Assembly: GCF_902713615.1 (NCBI RefSeq)
Contig: NC_052147.1
Coordinates: 78,704,091-78,768,090, forward strand
Source of the DNA: Scyliorhinus canicula
Taxonomy: Eukaryota
Reading direction: 5' to 3'
DNA length: 64,000 nt
Shown here: positions 36,771-49,884 of the stretch, piece after piece
Position numbering within the stretch: position 1 is the first letter of the stretch
Layout: every line of letters starts with the position of its first letter
Translations under genes and position numbers: made by a program
Notes under the pieces: generated by a model
What the model was told of the DNA's origin: nothing
Databases searched by the model: none
The model's input: the letters and a program-made list of their open reading frames with translations, nothing else

Positions 36771-37409
36771 GCAGCACCATGATGCAGAAAGAAGAGTAAA
36801 AAGGAATGTGGTTGAAGAAATGGACAGTATAGTTAGAGAAATAGATACTGTTCCCTGACCCTAGAGTATAAGTCCCAAAGACTGTACTGCCTGCCCACTA
36901 CCAGGGTTAAGAACATCTCCTCTTGGTTAGAGGGGAACTTAGAGTGAAAGATGAAGGATCCAGTTGTCATGGTACACATGGGTATCAGTGACATAGGTAG
37001 GGCTGAGAAAGAGGTTCTGCTGAGGGAGTATGACTAGCTAGGGGCTAAATTACAAAGCATAACCAAAACATTTTATAATCTCTGGATTACTGCCTGGCCC
37101 AAGGGCAAACAGGTATAGGGTAAGTAACTCAGAGTGTTGAATGCGTGGCTCAAAGATGGTGTAGGGTAAATTGGTTTTGATTCATGGAGCACTGGCATCA
37201 CTAAAGGGGAAAAACTGAGCTGTACCATTGGGAGGTCTTCACCCTGTGCCAACCTGTGCCCAGTATTCTGGTGAGTCATATAACTACAGCTGTAGAGAGG
37301 GCTTTAAATTAAATTGTGGGTCAGGGTACTTGTGAGGGGAGATTTAGAAAGGACAAGGCTATATACAGGCTATTGGGTAATGGTCACCAGAGTGTGACAG
37401 AAAGAAACA

Positions 37410-37720
37410 GAGCGGCACAGTAGCACAGTGGTTAGCACATCTGCTTCACAGTGTCAGGGTCCCAGGTTCGATTCCCGACTTGGGTCACTGCCTGTGTGAA
37501 GTCTGCACAATCTTCCTGTGTCTGCGTGGGGTTCATCTGAGTGCTCCGGTTTCCTCCCACAAGTTCCGAAAGACGTGCTGTTGGATGAATTGGACATTCT
37601 GAATTTTCCCTCAGTGTACCCGAACAGGTGCCGGAATGTGGTGACTAGGGGATTTTCACAGTAACTTCATTGCAGTGTCATGTAAGCCTACTTGTGACAA
37701 TAATACCGATTATTATTATT
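37410..37720 (+). mobile_element. V-SINE with AAGCCTACTTGTGACAATAA tail
   Basis: A/B boxes, V-core, (TTA)n end. Confidence 0.88.
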
Positions 37721-37849
37721 AAATATACAAGAACACCAGCAAATATGGTCAAAGTAGGGAAAATGGCTTTAAACTAAGAGGGGGAGAGGAATAGTGTAAT
37801 GACAGAGTTAGAAACCCAAAGGTAAAACGGCTGGAGGAAATTATATTTG

Positions 37850-38575
37850 GAGCAGGATTCTCCGACCCCCCGCCTGGACGGAGAATCGCCCGGGGTCAGC
37901 GTCAATCCCGCCCCCGCCGTGTCCCAAATTCTCCACTGCCCGAGATTCGGCAGGGGCGGGAATCACGCCGCGCCGGTTGGCGGGCCCCCGTGGCGATTCT
38001 CCGGCCCACGACGGGCCGAAGTCCCGCCGCTGACAAGCCTCTCCCGCCGGCGGGAATCAAAACACCTACCTGACTGGCGGGATTGGTGGCGCGGGCGGGC
38101 GCCGGGGTCTGGGGGGGGGGGGGGGGGGGACGCGGGGTGATCTGACCCCGGGGGGGTACCCCCACGGTGGCCTGGCCGCGATCGGGGCCCACCAATTGGC
38201 GGGTGGGCCTGTGCCATGGAGGCACTCTTTTTCTTCCGCCTTCGCCATGGTCTTCAGCATGGCGGAGGCGAAAGAGACCCCCTCCCCTGCGCATGCGCCG
38301 CTAGGACGTCAGCAGCCGCTGACGCTCCGGCGCATGCGGGACTTACGCTGGCCGGCGAAGTCCTTTTGGTCCCGGCTGGCGTGGCGCCAAAGGCCGTTCA
38401 CGCCAGCCGGTGGAGTGGGAACCGCTCTGGCGCGGGCCTAGCCCTTCAATGAGAGGACTTGGCCCCTAAAGGTGCGGTGACTTCCGCACCTTTGGGGCAG
38501 CCCGACGCCAGAGTGGTTCACGCCACTCCAACACGCCGGGAACCCCGCCCCGCCGGGTAGGGGAGAATCCCGGCC
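37850..38575. mobile_element. Full-length CpG-rich Harbinger-type MITE (family A)
   Basis: TIRs GAGCAGGATTCTCC and GGAGAATCCCGGCC; subterminal GATTCTCC/GGAGAATC repeats; no clean TSD. Confidence 0.85.
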
Positions 38576-41500
38576 AATATTGGTAAAGACAAGCTGAATG
38601 GGACAGAAAGGGGCAGCATGTTTAATAGTAATAGCACATCTTGGAGTAAGGTCTATGCAAGGAATAACAATAAAATAATAAAATTGAATCACTTTATCTG
38701 AATGTGCAAAGCATCCACAGCATGATACACAAAGAGAGGCGCATGTTTTAGATCTAATTACCATAGCAGAGACATAGTTGCAAGGTGATGAAGGTTGGGA
38801 AACAAATATTCCAGGGGTAACTACATTTTGAAAAAGAGAGGCAGAATGTAAAATGAAGAGGGGTAGCCCTGATTAGAGGGGATGACGTAAGGACATTGGT
38901 GGGAATAGATCTTAGTTCAGAAAACCAGGGAGAAAAATCAGCATTAGTGGAGATTAGAAATATGCTGGTGTGATTAGTTTATAGGCTCCATAACAGTGGG
39001 CTACCATTGGACAGACAATAAATTATTGGAGCTTGGAAGGAAGCTTGTAGGACAGTCAGTTCAATAGCTGTGGGGGAACTGTAATCTTCATTTAGACTGG
39101 ACCAATCAAATTGGCAAATGTGATCTGGAAGATGATTTTGTAGGATGCTTTTGTGACATTTTCATGGAGCAAATATGTTGTAGAATCAATTTGGGGTAAA
39201 GCTACCGAGTATTGCGCATGAGGCAGGGTTAATTAATGTCATCATAAAAGATCTACTATGAAATAGTGATCATAATAGAATTAAATTCCATGTTAAGTTT
39301 GAAAGTAACATACTGCAATCACAAACAAGAATTTTAAACTTTAACAAAGCCAATTATATAGGTATGAGCGAAGAGCTGGCTACGGTTGCTTGGGTAAATA
39401 GACAAAACGTTACGACAGTAAATAAACAGCAGGAAACATTTAAAGAAACAATTAAATATTTTCAGCAAAAATGCATTCAATTGAAAATCAAAAATTCAGT
39501 AAGAAAGATCCATCTGTGGCTTACTAAGGGGGTTAGGGTATTAGATTGGAAGAAGAAATTCAATGTTAACATTGAGATTCTTCTGGAACATCGGAGTGTC
39601 AAGGGCTCCCTGATATTTTGTTTTGCAAACTTAATTTAGGAAAAGCAGAATTATTTTTGAAGTCTTTATGCACTCATCACAAACAGCCATTCACTGAAGT
39701 GAAATGATCATCAGCATTATTGCAGTTTCTTGAGCACTCTGCTTCAAGTGTAGTTTTGCATACAGGCAGCTCTAAGAGGCTCTACAAATCCCATTAAACA
39801 CAGATTTTGGAAGTACAATATTCCCAGTCGGTGTGGAGAGTCTGAATCAACAAAAACCCCAGCTACCAACTGAGCATGCTACCAGAAAAGCACACCGGTC
39901 CAGAATAGTGACTGATTAATCTGTGAAGACAAATCAGTGCACCGGCTACTGAACAGTTAAGGGTTGCGTTTTGTAAAGTTCAACATTGGCAAGCTAACTG
40001 GTTGTATTTAAGATTCACACTGAGACTGTAAATCTTATTCTATTTCTAACTTCGTCTTTGAAAAATCAACATTTCAAAAAATAATTTGAATCAAAATTCC
40101 ATGTAGAATTTGTCCAAGAATACTTTTTGAAGTCATTTACGCAAAGGGTAGTTTTGTATGCATTGCTTCAAGACTGCCCTTGGCAAAAACATCACAAGTG
40201 GTAGAAAAACTTTAATATGACCAAGAAACTAAATATAAACTGACAGCAGGAACCCCACTGAGGTAATAAATAGTAAAAATTAATGTCTTACTTTAATGCA
40301 AGCCTACATACAAAGGGATCATTTTTTAAATAATTCATGGCTCAGCACACAATATCATCCTCCTCAGAGTGATTATTGAGAAGACATACATAAAGAAATA
40401 AGAATGATCAATTCCTAGTAATTCTCAGGAGTGCTCTTGATTTGCAATACAGCCAACATAATGACTGAAAATGTATATTAATGCATTAAATAAGATCAAA
40501 TTGAAATCCAGTTATAAAGGCAGGTGTACACGAGCAAAGGAATCGTTTTGATATGAACCCTCGAGTAAAATGCTTGTGTAAGCATTAATCCAGGATAATC
40601 TTATTTTATCTCACATGCGTGCAAGTATATGCCTTGGGGCCACGTTTTTAAATGTCAAACCCGGGAATGTATTTTTTTTCTGAGGGTCAATGTTGGAACT
40701 ATGCTTGAGCAATGTTTCAGGTGCCCTGTGGCATCACCTTGGTGCTCCACCAGCACCTTTGCACAAAAGGTAGAAAAACCTTCAGTGGCCTTGATTGTCT
40801 CATCAGAACACTATCAGCTTATCAGAAAAAGAAACATTCACTGAGATACCAATATCACCCTTGAGAAGCTGCCACACGTTTGAAAAATGACAGCATAAAA
40901 TAACTGAAACATCTGTTACAGCAGAACGTTTTTGAGCCAATGAAAGAGACTAACAATGCTTCACGTAGTGTTATACATGTACCTTCATTTTGAAACAAAT
41001 CTAGTTTAAGGTATAACAATGGATTACTGTCTCAATTACCAGCTTTCAGGTAACCTCTCTTGCCTGTGTTACTATTTGAATTACCCAAGTCATGAAACTA
41101 TTTGAAGAGCTGCATACCATACAGAGTAATGTCAGCGTGTCATATCCTCACACACATACATCAAAATGCTTCCTATTTCATTCTGACAGCTGGTGGTGAG
41201 CTAATGAAAGCTTCAGACAGATAGTGAGTCTTTTAACTATTGCCACTGGACTAGAACATTTCAAGAGCTTACATGCAAATGAATTAAACAAATAGATGTT
41301 TTAAAATGTAATGGGGAGTCATTGATCAGCATTCTTACATCTGAAGTACAATAGCGGTTATACTTCTTATGAAAATCTGAAGAAAAATATATACATGAAA
41401 ATGTTGGAATATATCAGGCACTATTTTGTTCTAAAGACAGGAGGATCGTTGACTTGGGCCCCAAAATGTTGAGGGGTAAGTTGATACCTCCATTTTCTCA

Positions 41501-42003
41501 CATGGGAATGTTCATCAACCAAATGTAGCCAAATCATAAACTTCTTCCTTATAAATACATTCACAAATTGGTATACATATACCACACAGAGGAAATCATT
41601 CCCATGGTGATTTCCTGCTGTTACACATTGTATGGGTACGAGTTCACTATTGCACAGAAAAAAGAAAAATGTACAAAGGCCATAGTTTGCATTAACACAT
41701 TGTTGCGCAGTGATTGAGGGTCAATTGCGAGTCACCCGACTTGCTTCGCAGTATTAAGGGCAAATGTGGAAAATATTTTTTTGAAAGGGAAATCACATTT
41801 AACTAACTTACTGGAGTTCTTTGAAGAAGTGACCTGTGTTGTGAATAAAGAGGAATGGTGGGTGTACTGTATTTCGATTTAAAGAAGGCATTTGATAAAA
41901 GCATGTTACAGGGGGTGACATACTGGCACGGATGGAAGATTGGCTGGCTAACATTTAGCAAACAGTAGGCATAAATGGGTCTTTTTCTGGTCGGCAAGAT
42001 GTA

Positions 42004-43022
42004 GGGCACAATTCAGCAACCTCGTTGCGTCCGGCACGGATTCAGGTGCCATGGGTGAATCACGCGCAAGTCCCAAATCGTGCTCCGTCTGGATGCAGGC
42101 CAATCGCCAGTCACCCAACTTACTTTGCCTGGCATTATTTGGATCTCGCCGTCGCTGAGCGAGATCCAGATCTGAATATGTAAATTAGCCTTGCAGTTCA
42201 TTTAAATACCCGGACGCTGGATTCACCCAACGCCTTTAACTCACTGGCCACACCTGAGAGACCTTGCCATGGTGCCATTTTTTCACACAAAGGTGGACCA
42301 GGCGTAATGGCATCTGGAGGGGTTAATCTCCCAGGACATTGGAGACACCCGACTGGTCGTGACCTAGCACCTAAGCACCTTGGCCTGACCCACTGGCAGT
42401 GCCACCTGGGCACTCTCTGGCAGTGTCACCTTGGCACTGGCAGGGTGCCAGGATGGCAGTGTCAGTGTACACAGGTTGGCACTGTTTACCTCACTGGGCT
42501 AAACCGCTGGCTTTGAAAGCAGACCAAGGCAAGCCAGCAGCACGGTTCGATTCCCGTACCAGCCTCCCCGAACAGGCGCCGGAATGTGGCGACTAGGAGC
42601 TTTTCACAGTAACTTCATTTGAAACCTACCCGTGGCAATAAGCGATTTTCATTTTTACTGCCAGTGGTCAGGCCCAGTGGGGACTTGCCAAGTAGAATGG
42701 AGGCGAGGAGGGTGCTGGGAACCTCCCCAAGTTTAGGGTAGGTGAGGGGAGGTGTCAAAAAAGCAGGGGTGGCCTGAAAATAATGTGGGGGGGGGGGGTG
42801 TTGGAAGATCAGGGTTGTCAGACAATATGGCACACAATCTGCAAGGACCCTTTCAGAAATCCTTCGAAGTGCAGCCACAGCAGAGAGAATCTCCCTGAAG
42901 CCAAAAAAAAAGACAAAATGCCGTTCGATGGCATGATGTTTCTCAGCACTGCAGCCGGCAAAAAACACACCACTAAATGCACCGTTCAGCGGACTTTAAC
43001 TCAAGTCGTTTAAATGGAGCCC
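42004..43022. mobile_element. Harbinger MITE family B
   Basis: Ends GGGCACAATTCA and TAAATGGAGCCC; flanks GTA/ATA; short SINE inserted at about 42483-42655. Confidence 0.7.
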
Positions 43023-43495
43023 ATAATGATGTTGCGCCACAGGGATCAGTGCTGGGACCTCAACTGTTTACAATTTATATAAATTACTTGGATGAAGAGA
43101 ATTGAAGGGATGGTTGCCAAATTTGCTGATGACACAAAGATAGGCAGGAAAGTGAGTTATGAGGAGGACATAAGGAGGCTACAAAAATGTGGGAAAATCT
43201 GAAATTTCCCATTGTGACAGGAAGAATACAACAGAAGCAAGTTGTCTAAATGGTGAGAGATTGCAGAGCTCTGAGATGCAGAGGGATTTAGGTGTCCTTG
43301 TGCATGAATCACAAATGGTTAGTATACAGGTCAAGCAAGTCATTGGGAAAGCTGATCAAATGTTACCATTTATTGTGAGGGGAGTTGAATACAGAAGTAG
43401 GGAGGTTGTACAGGGCACTGATGAGACCACATTTGGAATACCGTGCATAGTATTTGTCATTTTATTTAAAGGATGTAAATGCATTGGGTGTAGTT

Positions 43496-43819
43496 CATAG
43501 AATCACAGACGTTACAGTGCAGGAGGCGGCGATTCGGCCCATCGAGTCGGCACTGGCCCTTGGAAAGTGCACCCTATGTCCACCCTATCCCCGTAACCCC
43601 ACCTAACCTTTTCTTTTTGACACTACGGGGTAATTTAGCATGGCTGATTCACCTAGCGTGCGCATCTTTGGACTGTGGGAGGAAACCGGAGCACCTGGAA
43701 AAAACCCACGCAGACATGGGGAGAACGTACGGGCTCCGCACAGACAATCACCCAAGTTTGGAATTGAACCTGGGATCCTGGAGCTGTGAAGCAACAGTGC
43801 TAGCCACTGTGCTACCGTG
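43496..43819 (-). mobile_element. HE1/V-SINE
   Basis: Same head, core and tail as 5996-6328. Confidence 0.88.
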
Positions 43820-45297
43820 AAGGTTTATCAGACTAATACTTAGAATGAGTGGGTTGTCTTCCGAGTTAAATTTGGACAGGCTAGGCTTGAATCTGCTGGA
43901 GTTTAGACGAGTAGGGGGTAGCTTGATTGAGACATATAAGATCCTGAGGGCACGATTTAGCGACCCCGTTGTGCCCCGCGCAGAGCTGGAGAGGATGATT
44001 ACTCTTGTGGGAGAATCTAGAAGGGATCACTGTTTAAAACAGAAATGGGATGAAATTAGTTACTCAGAGGATTGTGAGTCTTTAGAACTCTCTTCCTGAG
44101 AAGGTAGTGAAAGCAGAGTTGAATATTTTTAAGGCAGATTCTTGGTGCAAAGGGGGTGATAGGTTATCGGGGTAGCAGGGTGCAGATTTGAGGTTCCTAT
44201 CAGATTAACTATGATCTTATTGAATGGCAGAACGGACTGGATGAGATGAATAGCCTACTTCTACTCCTTGTTTGTATACATCAAAATTATTACAGAACAA
44301 AATAAGCATTTTGAAACTCCTTCCCACTATTACATCACCAACATTTTGAAGCCCAGTTCTTGTAGGACAACTAATGTCATTGATGTAATACGATAATGGC
44401 CCTTAGGTAACATTATTTTTGATATCATCTGTCAAGAGCAGGTTTGAGTATGTAAATGTATTCATACAAAAATGTCTGGGGAATGGATCCTGGTGAACAA
44501 ACCTGGGTTATGTTTAAGAGATGTGATGGAGGGTACAGGATTCTGCCCCAAAATGAGGTTTCTTTGAGGCTGTGCTTCCACAAAGAAAAACACAACACAA
44601 TCACTACCTGATAAAGATAATAAGCATACTTCCAGTACTTATTTGTTCACGAAAAATACCCAATAAAAAGCTTTATTAAAAATAAATGAGTTGTTGATGT
44701 AAGTGGCTTTCATGTTTTTATGACTGACATCATTGTTCATAACACTATTATCTTGAACCTCCTTTTATTTAATGATTGAAAAGCATCTGATGAATGCTAA
44801 TGCCATTCTGTGAACACATTTCTTCTTGCACAGAGTATATGACTCCAAATTTACATGGAATAATTTCTTTTTCTACAATCCCAGATGTAATACAACTTTT
44901 CCAATCTCGTGTTTATCTTTCGTAGGCTTGGCAATGAAATAGTGATTAGCTTCCATGCAATTTGTAATTGTCAATTAACTTCGCACTTGCACCAGATTGC
45001 AAGGTTAGTGAATTGAAGCGTGGTAGATGTAGTGTGATTGATCTGTGATTAAAAAAGTGCATAATCTGTCCGCATACGAGTTCCAGCTTGAATGCGAGCC
45101 GGTTGACTATGCTTACAGAAAATATAAAGGCCACCATAGTTAGTCAGCATAGAAATTAAAGAGAGGGACACCATAAAAAAGTGAAACCATATATACTTAT
45201 TAAGCAGTAAAGTATAAATGGCAAAAGATCTGACGTTGTAATAAATCTGTGCCACAAAGATTTCATGGCTGAACTAAAGTTTCCTTTGTATGCTAAT

Positions 45298-45652
45298 CAT
45301 AGAATCATAGAATTTACAGTGCAGAAGGAGGCCATTCAGCCCATCGAGTCTGCACCGGCTCTTGGAAAGAGCACCCTACCCACGGTCAACAACTCCACCC
45401 TAACCCCATAACCCAGTAACCCCACCCAACACTAAGGGCAATTTTGGACTCTAAGGGCAATTTATCATAGCCAATCCACCTAACCTGCACATCTTTGTGA
45501 CTATGGGAGGAAACCGGAGCACCCGGGGAAAACGCACGCACACACGGGGAGGATGTGCAGACTCCGCACAGACAGTGACCCAAGCCGGAATCGAACCTGG
45601 GACCCTGGAGCTGTGAAGTGATTGTGCTATCCACAATGCTACCGTGCTGCCC
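45298..45652 (-). mobile_element. HE1/V-SINE, full length
   Basis: TSD TATGCTAAT (45289-97 and 45653-61). Confidence 0.93.
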
Positions 45653-45749
45653 TATGCTAATACTCACCTATGTTACTCCGTAGGGACTGTCAGCAGCTGG
45701 TCAGATTATTATATTCAAGTTTTGAACTGGAGCCAGTCGAATTACACGG

Positions 45750-45870
45750 ATTCCGATGAAAGGTCACACGATGGGAAATGTTAGCTCTGTTTTCTCCATA
45801 GATGCTGCACAACCTGCTGAGTTTTTTTTCCAGCATTTTCTGTTTTATATTTCAGATTTCCAGCAGTATT
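45750..45870 (+). mobile_element. Penelope-like terminal fragment with degenerate hammerhead
   Basis: CCGATGAAAGGTCA...GAAATGTT followed by CTCTGTTTTCTCC..AGATGCTGC..CCTGCTGAG. Confidence 0.55.
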
Positions 45871-45988
45871 TTACTTTTGAATGACGCCTACTTTGTTAAC
45901 ATTACTGACATGAAACTGATTCATCAGCAACCGAGTGTCTGCTATGTTTTCGAGCATCCTTCCATCTTCAAAAGATAATAGACACAAA

Positions 45989-48900
45989 GGGTGCAATTTA
46001 ACACCCATAAAGAGTCCCATTTTGGGCACATAGAGTGGGGTGTTTTTCTGCATCAGGGTGGCACTGCCAGGATGCCAGGCTGGCAGTGTCAAGGTGCCCA
46101 GGTGGCAAAGCGAGGGGCAGGGTACCACCAAGTCCAAAGCCCAACCCCCCAGGTACCATGACCGATGGTCCATGTTTGTGGGACCAGTGTTAAACGACTC
46201 CATGCAAGGTCTCCCATCACGGGCATTTGTTCCCGGGCCTTGGGAGCATCGGGTGCCGAAATATTTAAGTGCGCCTAACTACTCACTTAAATGTGTAAAT
46301 TTTGTTCCCGCCCAGTGATGCACGATCAATTGCACAAAGACGAGAGTTGGACACAACTGAGGCTTTATTGCTCTAAGATGTGTGGCCTCCCACCGCAGCT
46401 GGTGAAATGGCTGCAGCATGGAGGACACACACATTTATACTCCGCCTACTGGGCGGAGCCAGCAGGCAGGGACTACCGACGTACCTGTAGTACAGGTCCT
46501 ACCATACATCACCTAATAAAGGTGCAACAGTGGTTTACCACATTCACCCCCTGTTAAAATTGAGTCCGGCGGGGGTGGTGGAGAACTATATGCAATACTT
46601 GAGAGAACAAAAATGTCTCTTGAAGTCCAGTGGATCAGTTAGAGGTTTAACCGGTCCTGGGCCTTTATGTGTCACTGGGAGCGACGCAGTGATGGCGGCG
46701 ATGCCGATACTGGTCTGGTCTTCGGTGACTCTGGGAGCGTGCCGAAATCCTCTTCATCCTCGGGCGTGGGCAGGGGGAGGACGGATGGTCCTTGGGGGGG
46801 GGGGTTTGCTGCTGGGAGCGCCGGGGGAGGGGAGGGTGGCACCGGGCCGGAGGGGTGCGTGTGTGTGGAGCCTGCTGGTGCCAGGTCCCTGAGGGAGACA
46901 GTATCCTGGCGGCTGTCGGGGTACGCCACGTACCCTCTCCATCAACGGGTCTGCTTTGTGGAGTCGGACGTGCCTACGGAGAAGGATGGGTCCTGGAGCT
47001 GCGAGCCAAATCAGGAGCGACACCGCGGATGCGGACTTCCTGGGGAAGGCAAAAAGACGTTCATGGGGTGTGTTGTTATTGGCAGTGCACATTAGTGACC
47101 GAATGGAGTGTAGTGCATCAGGGAGGACCTCCTGCCAGCGGGAGGCTGGGAGGTTCCTGGACTGTAGGGCCAGTTGGACGGCCCTCCAGACCGTCCCGTT
47201 CTCCCTCTCTACCTGTCTGTTTCCCCGGGGGTTATAGCTTGTCGTCCTCCTGGAGGCGATACCCCTGCTGAACAGGAACTGACGTAGCTCATCACTCATG
47301 AATGAGGATCCCCTGTCACTGTGGATGAGGGCGGGGAAACCGAACAGAGCGAAGATTGTGTTGAGGGCTTTGATGACGGTGGCAGATGTCATGTTGGGGC
47401 ATGGGATGGCGAAAGGAAATCTGGAGTACTCATCAACCACATTGAGAAAGTACGTGTTACGGTCGTTGAAGGGAAGGTGCCCTTTGAAATCCATGCTGAG
47501 GTGTTCAAAGGGGCTGGAGGCCTTCACCAGGTTCGCGTGGTCCGGCTGGTAGAAGTGCGGTTTGCACTCCGCTCAGACCTGGCAGTCTCTGGTGATTGTC
47601 CGTACTTTCTCGACGGAGTAGGGCAGATTGCATGTCTTTATGAAATGGTGCAACCGTGTGACTCCCGGGTGACAAAGGCTGTCGTGCAGGGCCCGGAGTC
47701 GGTCTACTTGTGTGCTGGCACATGTACCTCGGGATAGGGTGTCTGGGGGCACGTTGAGCTTGCCGGGGCAATAAAAAATCTCGTAATTGTAGGTGGAGAG
47801 CTCGAGCCTCCACCTCAAAATCTTCATTCTTGATCTTGCCCCGCTGCGTGTTATTGAACATGAAGGCTACCGACCGTTGGTCAGTGAGGAGAGCGAATCT
47901 CCTGCCGGCCAGGTAATGCCTCCAATGCCGCACAGCTTAAACGATAGCTTGGCCCTGTTTTTCGACGGATGAGTACCGAATTTCTGAGGCATGAAGGGTG
48001 CGGGAAAAGAATGCCATGGGTCTGCCTGCGTGATTGAGGGTGGAGGCTAGGGCGACGTCTGATGCATCGCTTTCCACTTGAAAGGGCAGCGCCTCGTCTA
48101 CTGCGTGCACCCCAGCCTTGGCGATATCGGCTCTGATACGGGCAAAGGCCTGTTGAGCCTCGGCCGTCAGTGGAAAATGGGTGGACTGTATGAGTGGGCG
48201 GGCCTTGTCCGCATAGTTTGGGACCCACTGGGCGTAGTATGAGAAGAACCCCAGGCAGCGTTTGAGAGCCTTGGGGCAGTGGGGGAGGGGGAGCTCCATG
48301 AGGGGGCGCATGTGGTCGGGATCGGGCCCCAGAACTCCGTTCTGGACCACGTAGCCGAGGATGGCTAAGCGGTTCGTACTAAACACGCACTTCTCCTTGT
48401 TGTAGATGAGGTTTAGGAGAGTGGCGGTGTGGAGAAATTTGGCAAGGTTGGCATTGTGGTCCTGCTGATCATGGCCACAGATGGTGACGTTATTGAGGTA
48501 CGGGAAGGTGGCTCACAAACCGTACCGGTCGACCATTCGGTCTATATCCCTTTGGAAGACCGAGACCACGTTGGTGATGCCAAAGGGAACCCTGAGGAAG
48601 TGATAGAGGCGACCATCTGCCTCGAAGTTTCTGTATGGATGGTCCACTTTACGAATGGGGAGCTGGTGGTAGGCGGATTTGAGGTCTACCGTTGAGAAGA
48701 CCCGGTACTGTGCAATCTGACTGACCATATCAGATATACGTGGGAGGGGGTACGCGTCGAGCTGCGTGTACCAATTGATGGTCTTGCTGTAGTCCACGAC
48801 CATTCTGTGTTTCTCCCCAGTTTTAACTACTACCACTTGGGCTCTCCAGGGGCTGTTGCTGGCCTCGATGATGCCTTCCCGAAGCAGCTGTTGGACCTCG

Positions 48901-49884
48901 GACCTGATGAAGGTCCTGTCCTGGGTGCTGTGCCGTCTGCTCCTGGTGGAGATGGGTTTGCAATCCGGGGTTAGATTTGCGAAGAGGGAAGGTGGATCGA
49001 CCTTTAGGGTCGCGAGGCCGCAGCCAGTAAGGGGTGGTAGGGGCCCGCCGAATTTCAGGGTTAGGCTCTGGAGGTTACACTGGAAGTCCAGGCCGAGTAA
49101 TAGGACAGTGCAGAGATTAGGGAGGACGTAGAAGCGGAAGCCGCTGAATTCTACGCCCTGGACCATGAGTATGACTGTACAGTACCCCGGATCACCACGG
49201 AATGGGATCCGGAGGCCAGGGAGATTCTTTGGTTGGCGGGGTGTACCGCGAGGGAGCAGTGCCTTACCGTATCCTGGTGGATGAAGCTTTGGTGCACCCG
49301 GAGTCCAGCAGGCAAGAGGTCACGTGTCCGTCGATCTTAACGCTGGTTGATGCGGTGGCCGGGTTGTGCAGACGAGACTGGTGGATGGTCACTGAGGCGA
49401 GTCATGGTTGGTCGTCGCTGGTGTCGGATAATGGGGTGCCCAGGGGCATGGGTCCTGGAACGCTGGTGGTGCCCATGTGCCGTGGGGGAGACAAGATGGC
49501 GGCGCCTGAAGGTCTTGGGGAGGACAAAATGGTGGCGCCCATGGGCCGCACGTGGCGGGGGTTGAGAAAGATGGCGGCGCCCACTGGCCGCACTTGGTCT
49601 GAGGGGGAGAAGATGGCAGAGCCCACTGGCCGCGCGTGGTCTGAGGGGGCGATTGCGGAGGACAAGATGGCGGTACAGGTCCTACCATACATCACCTAAT
49701 ATAAGTGCAACAGTGGTTTACCACATCCAGCAAGGCCGAGATCCAGATCACGACATTTCACGAGATCTAATGAGATCTTGCGAGGGATTCCGAGCGTCAC
49801 AAATCCCGCGAGTGGACACTCACGAGATTTCACGACTTTGCCGTGTCACCGAGTTAGGTGCGACGAGGTCATTCGATCGTACCC
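45989..49884. mobile_element. Harbinger MITE family B split by a Gypsy insertion
   Basis: Ends GGGTGCAATTTA and GATCGTACCC; the two halves flank 46316-49725. Confidence 0.6.
46316..49725 (-). mobile_element. Ty3/Gypsy LTR retrotransposon with internal deletion of most of the 5' LTR and gag
   Basis: 3' LTR 46316-46542 (TG..CA), PPT AGGGGGTGAA at 46543-52, first ~53 bp of the 5' LTR at 49673-49725, TSD CCCAG/TCCAG. PR LLDSG, RT MVVDY..YPLP..DLKSAYHQ..PFG, RH VESDASD, IN MDFKG..VVDEYSRF..HSDRG..VERENG. Confidence 0.95.

Larger units (their letters stand above)
33280..39560 (+). mobile_element. Old long CR1 (ORF1 zinc finger and esterase, ORF2 endonuclease), interrupted by RTE, L1, SINE and MITE
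   Basis: CCSCSM zinc-finger start at about 33297; decayed SGNH esterase motifs (DSIVR..CLP...RVK; DPVV.VH.G..DIG) at 36820-37000; APE motifs (LYLN.Q; IT...ET.LQGD) at 38690-38870. Confidence 0.65.
41790..44275 (+). mobile_element. Old CR1 RT region and 3' end, interrupted by MITE B (42004-43022, itself holding a SINE) and a SINE (43496-43819)
   Basis: [41 protein letters not shown]; CR1 tail near 44200-44275. Confidence 0.85.
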
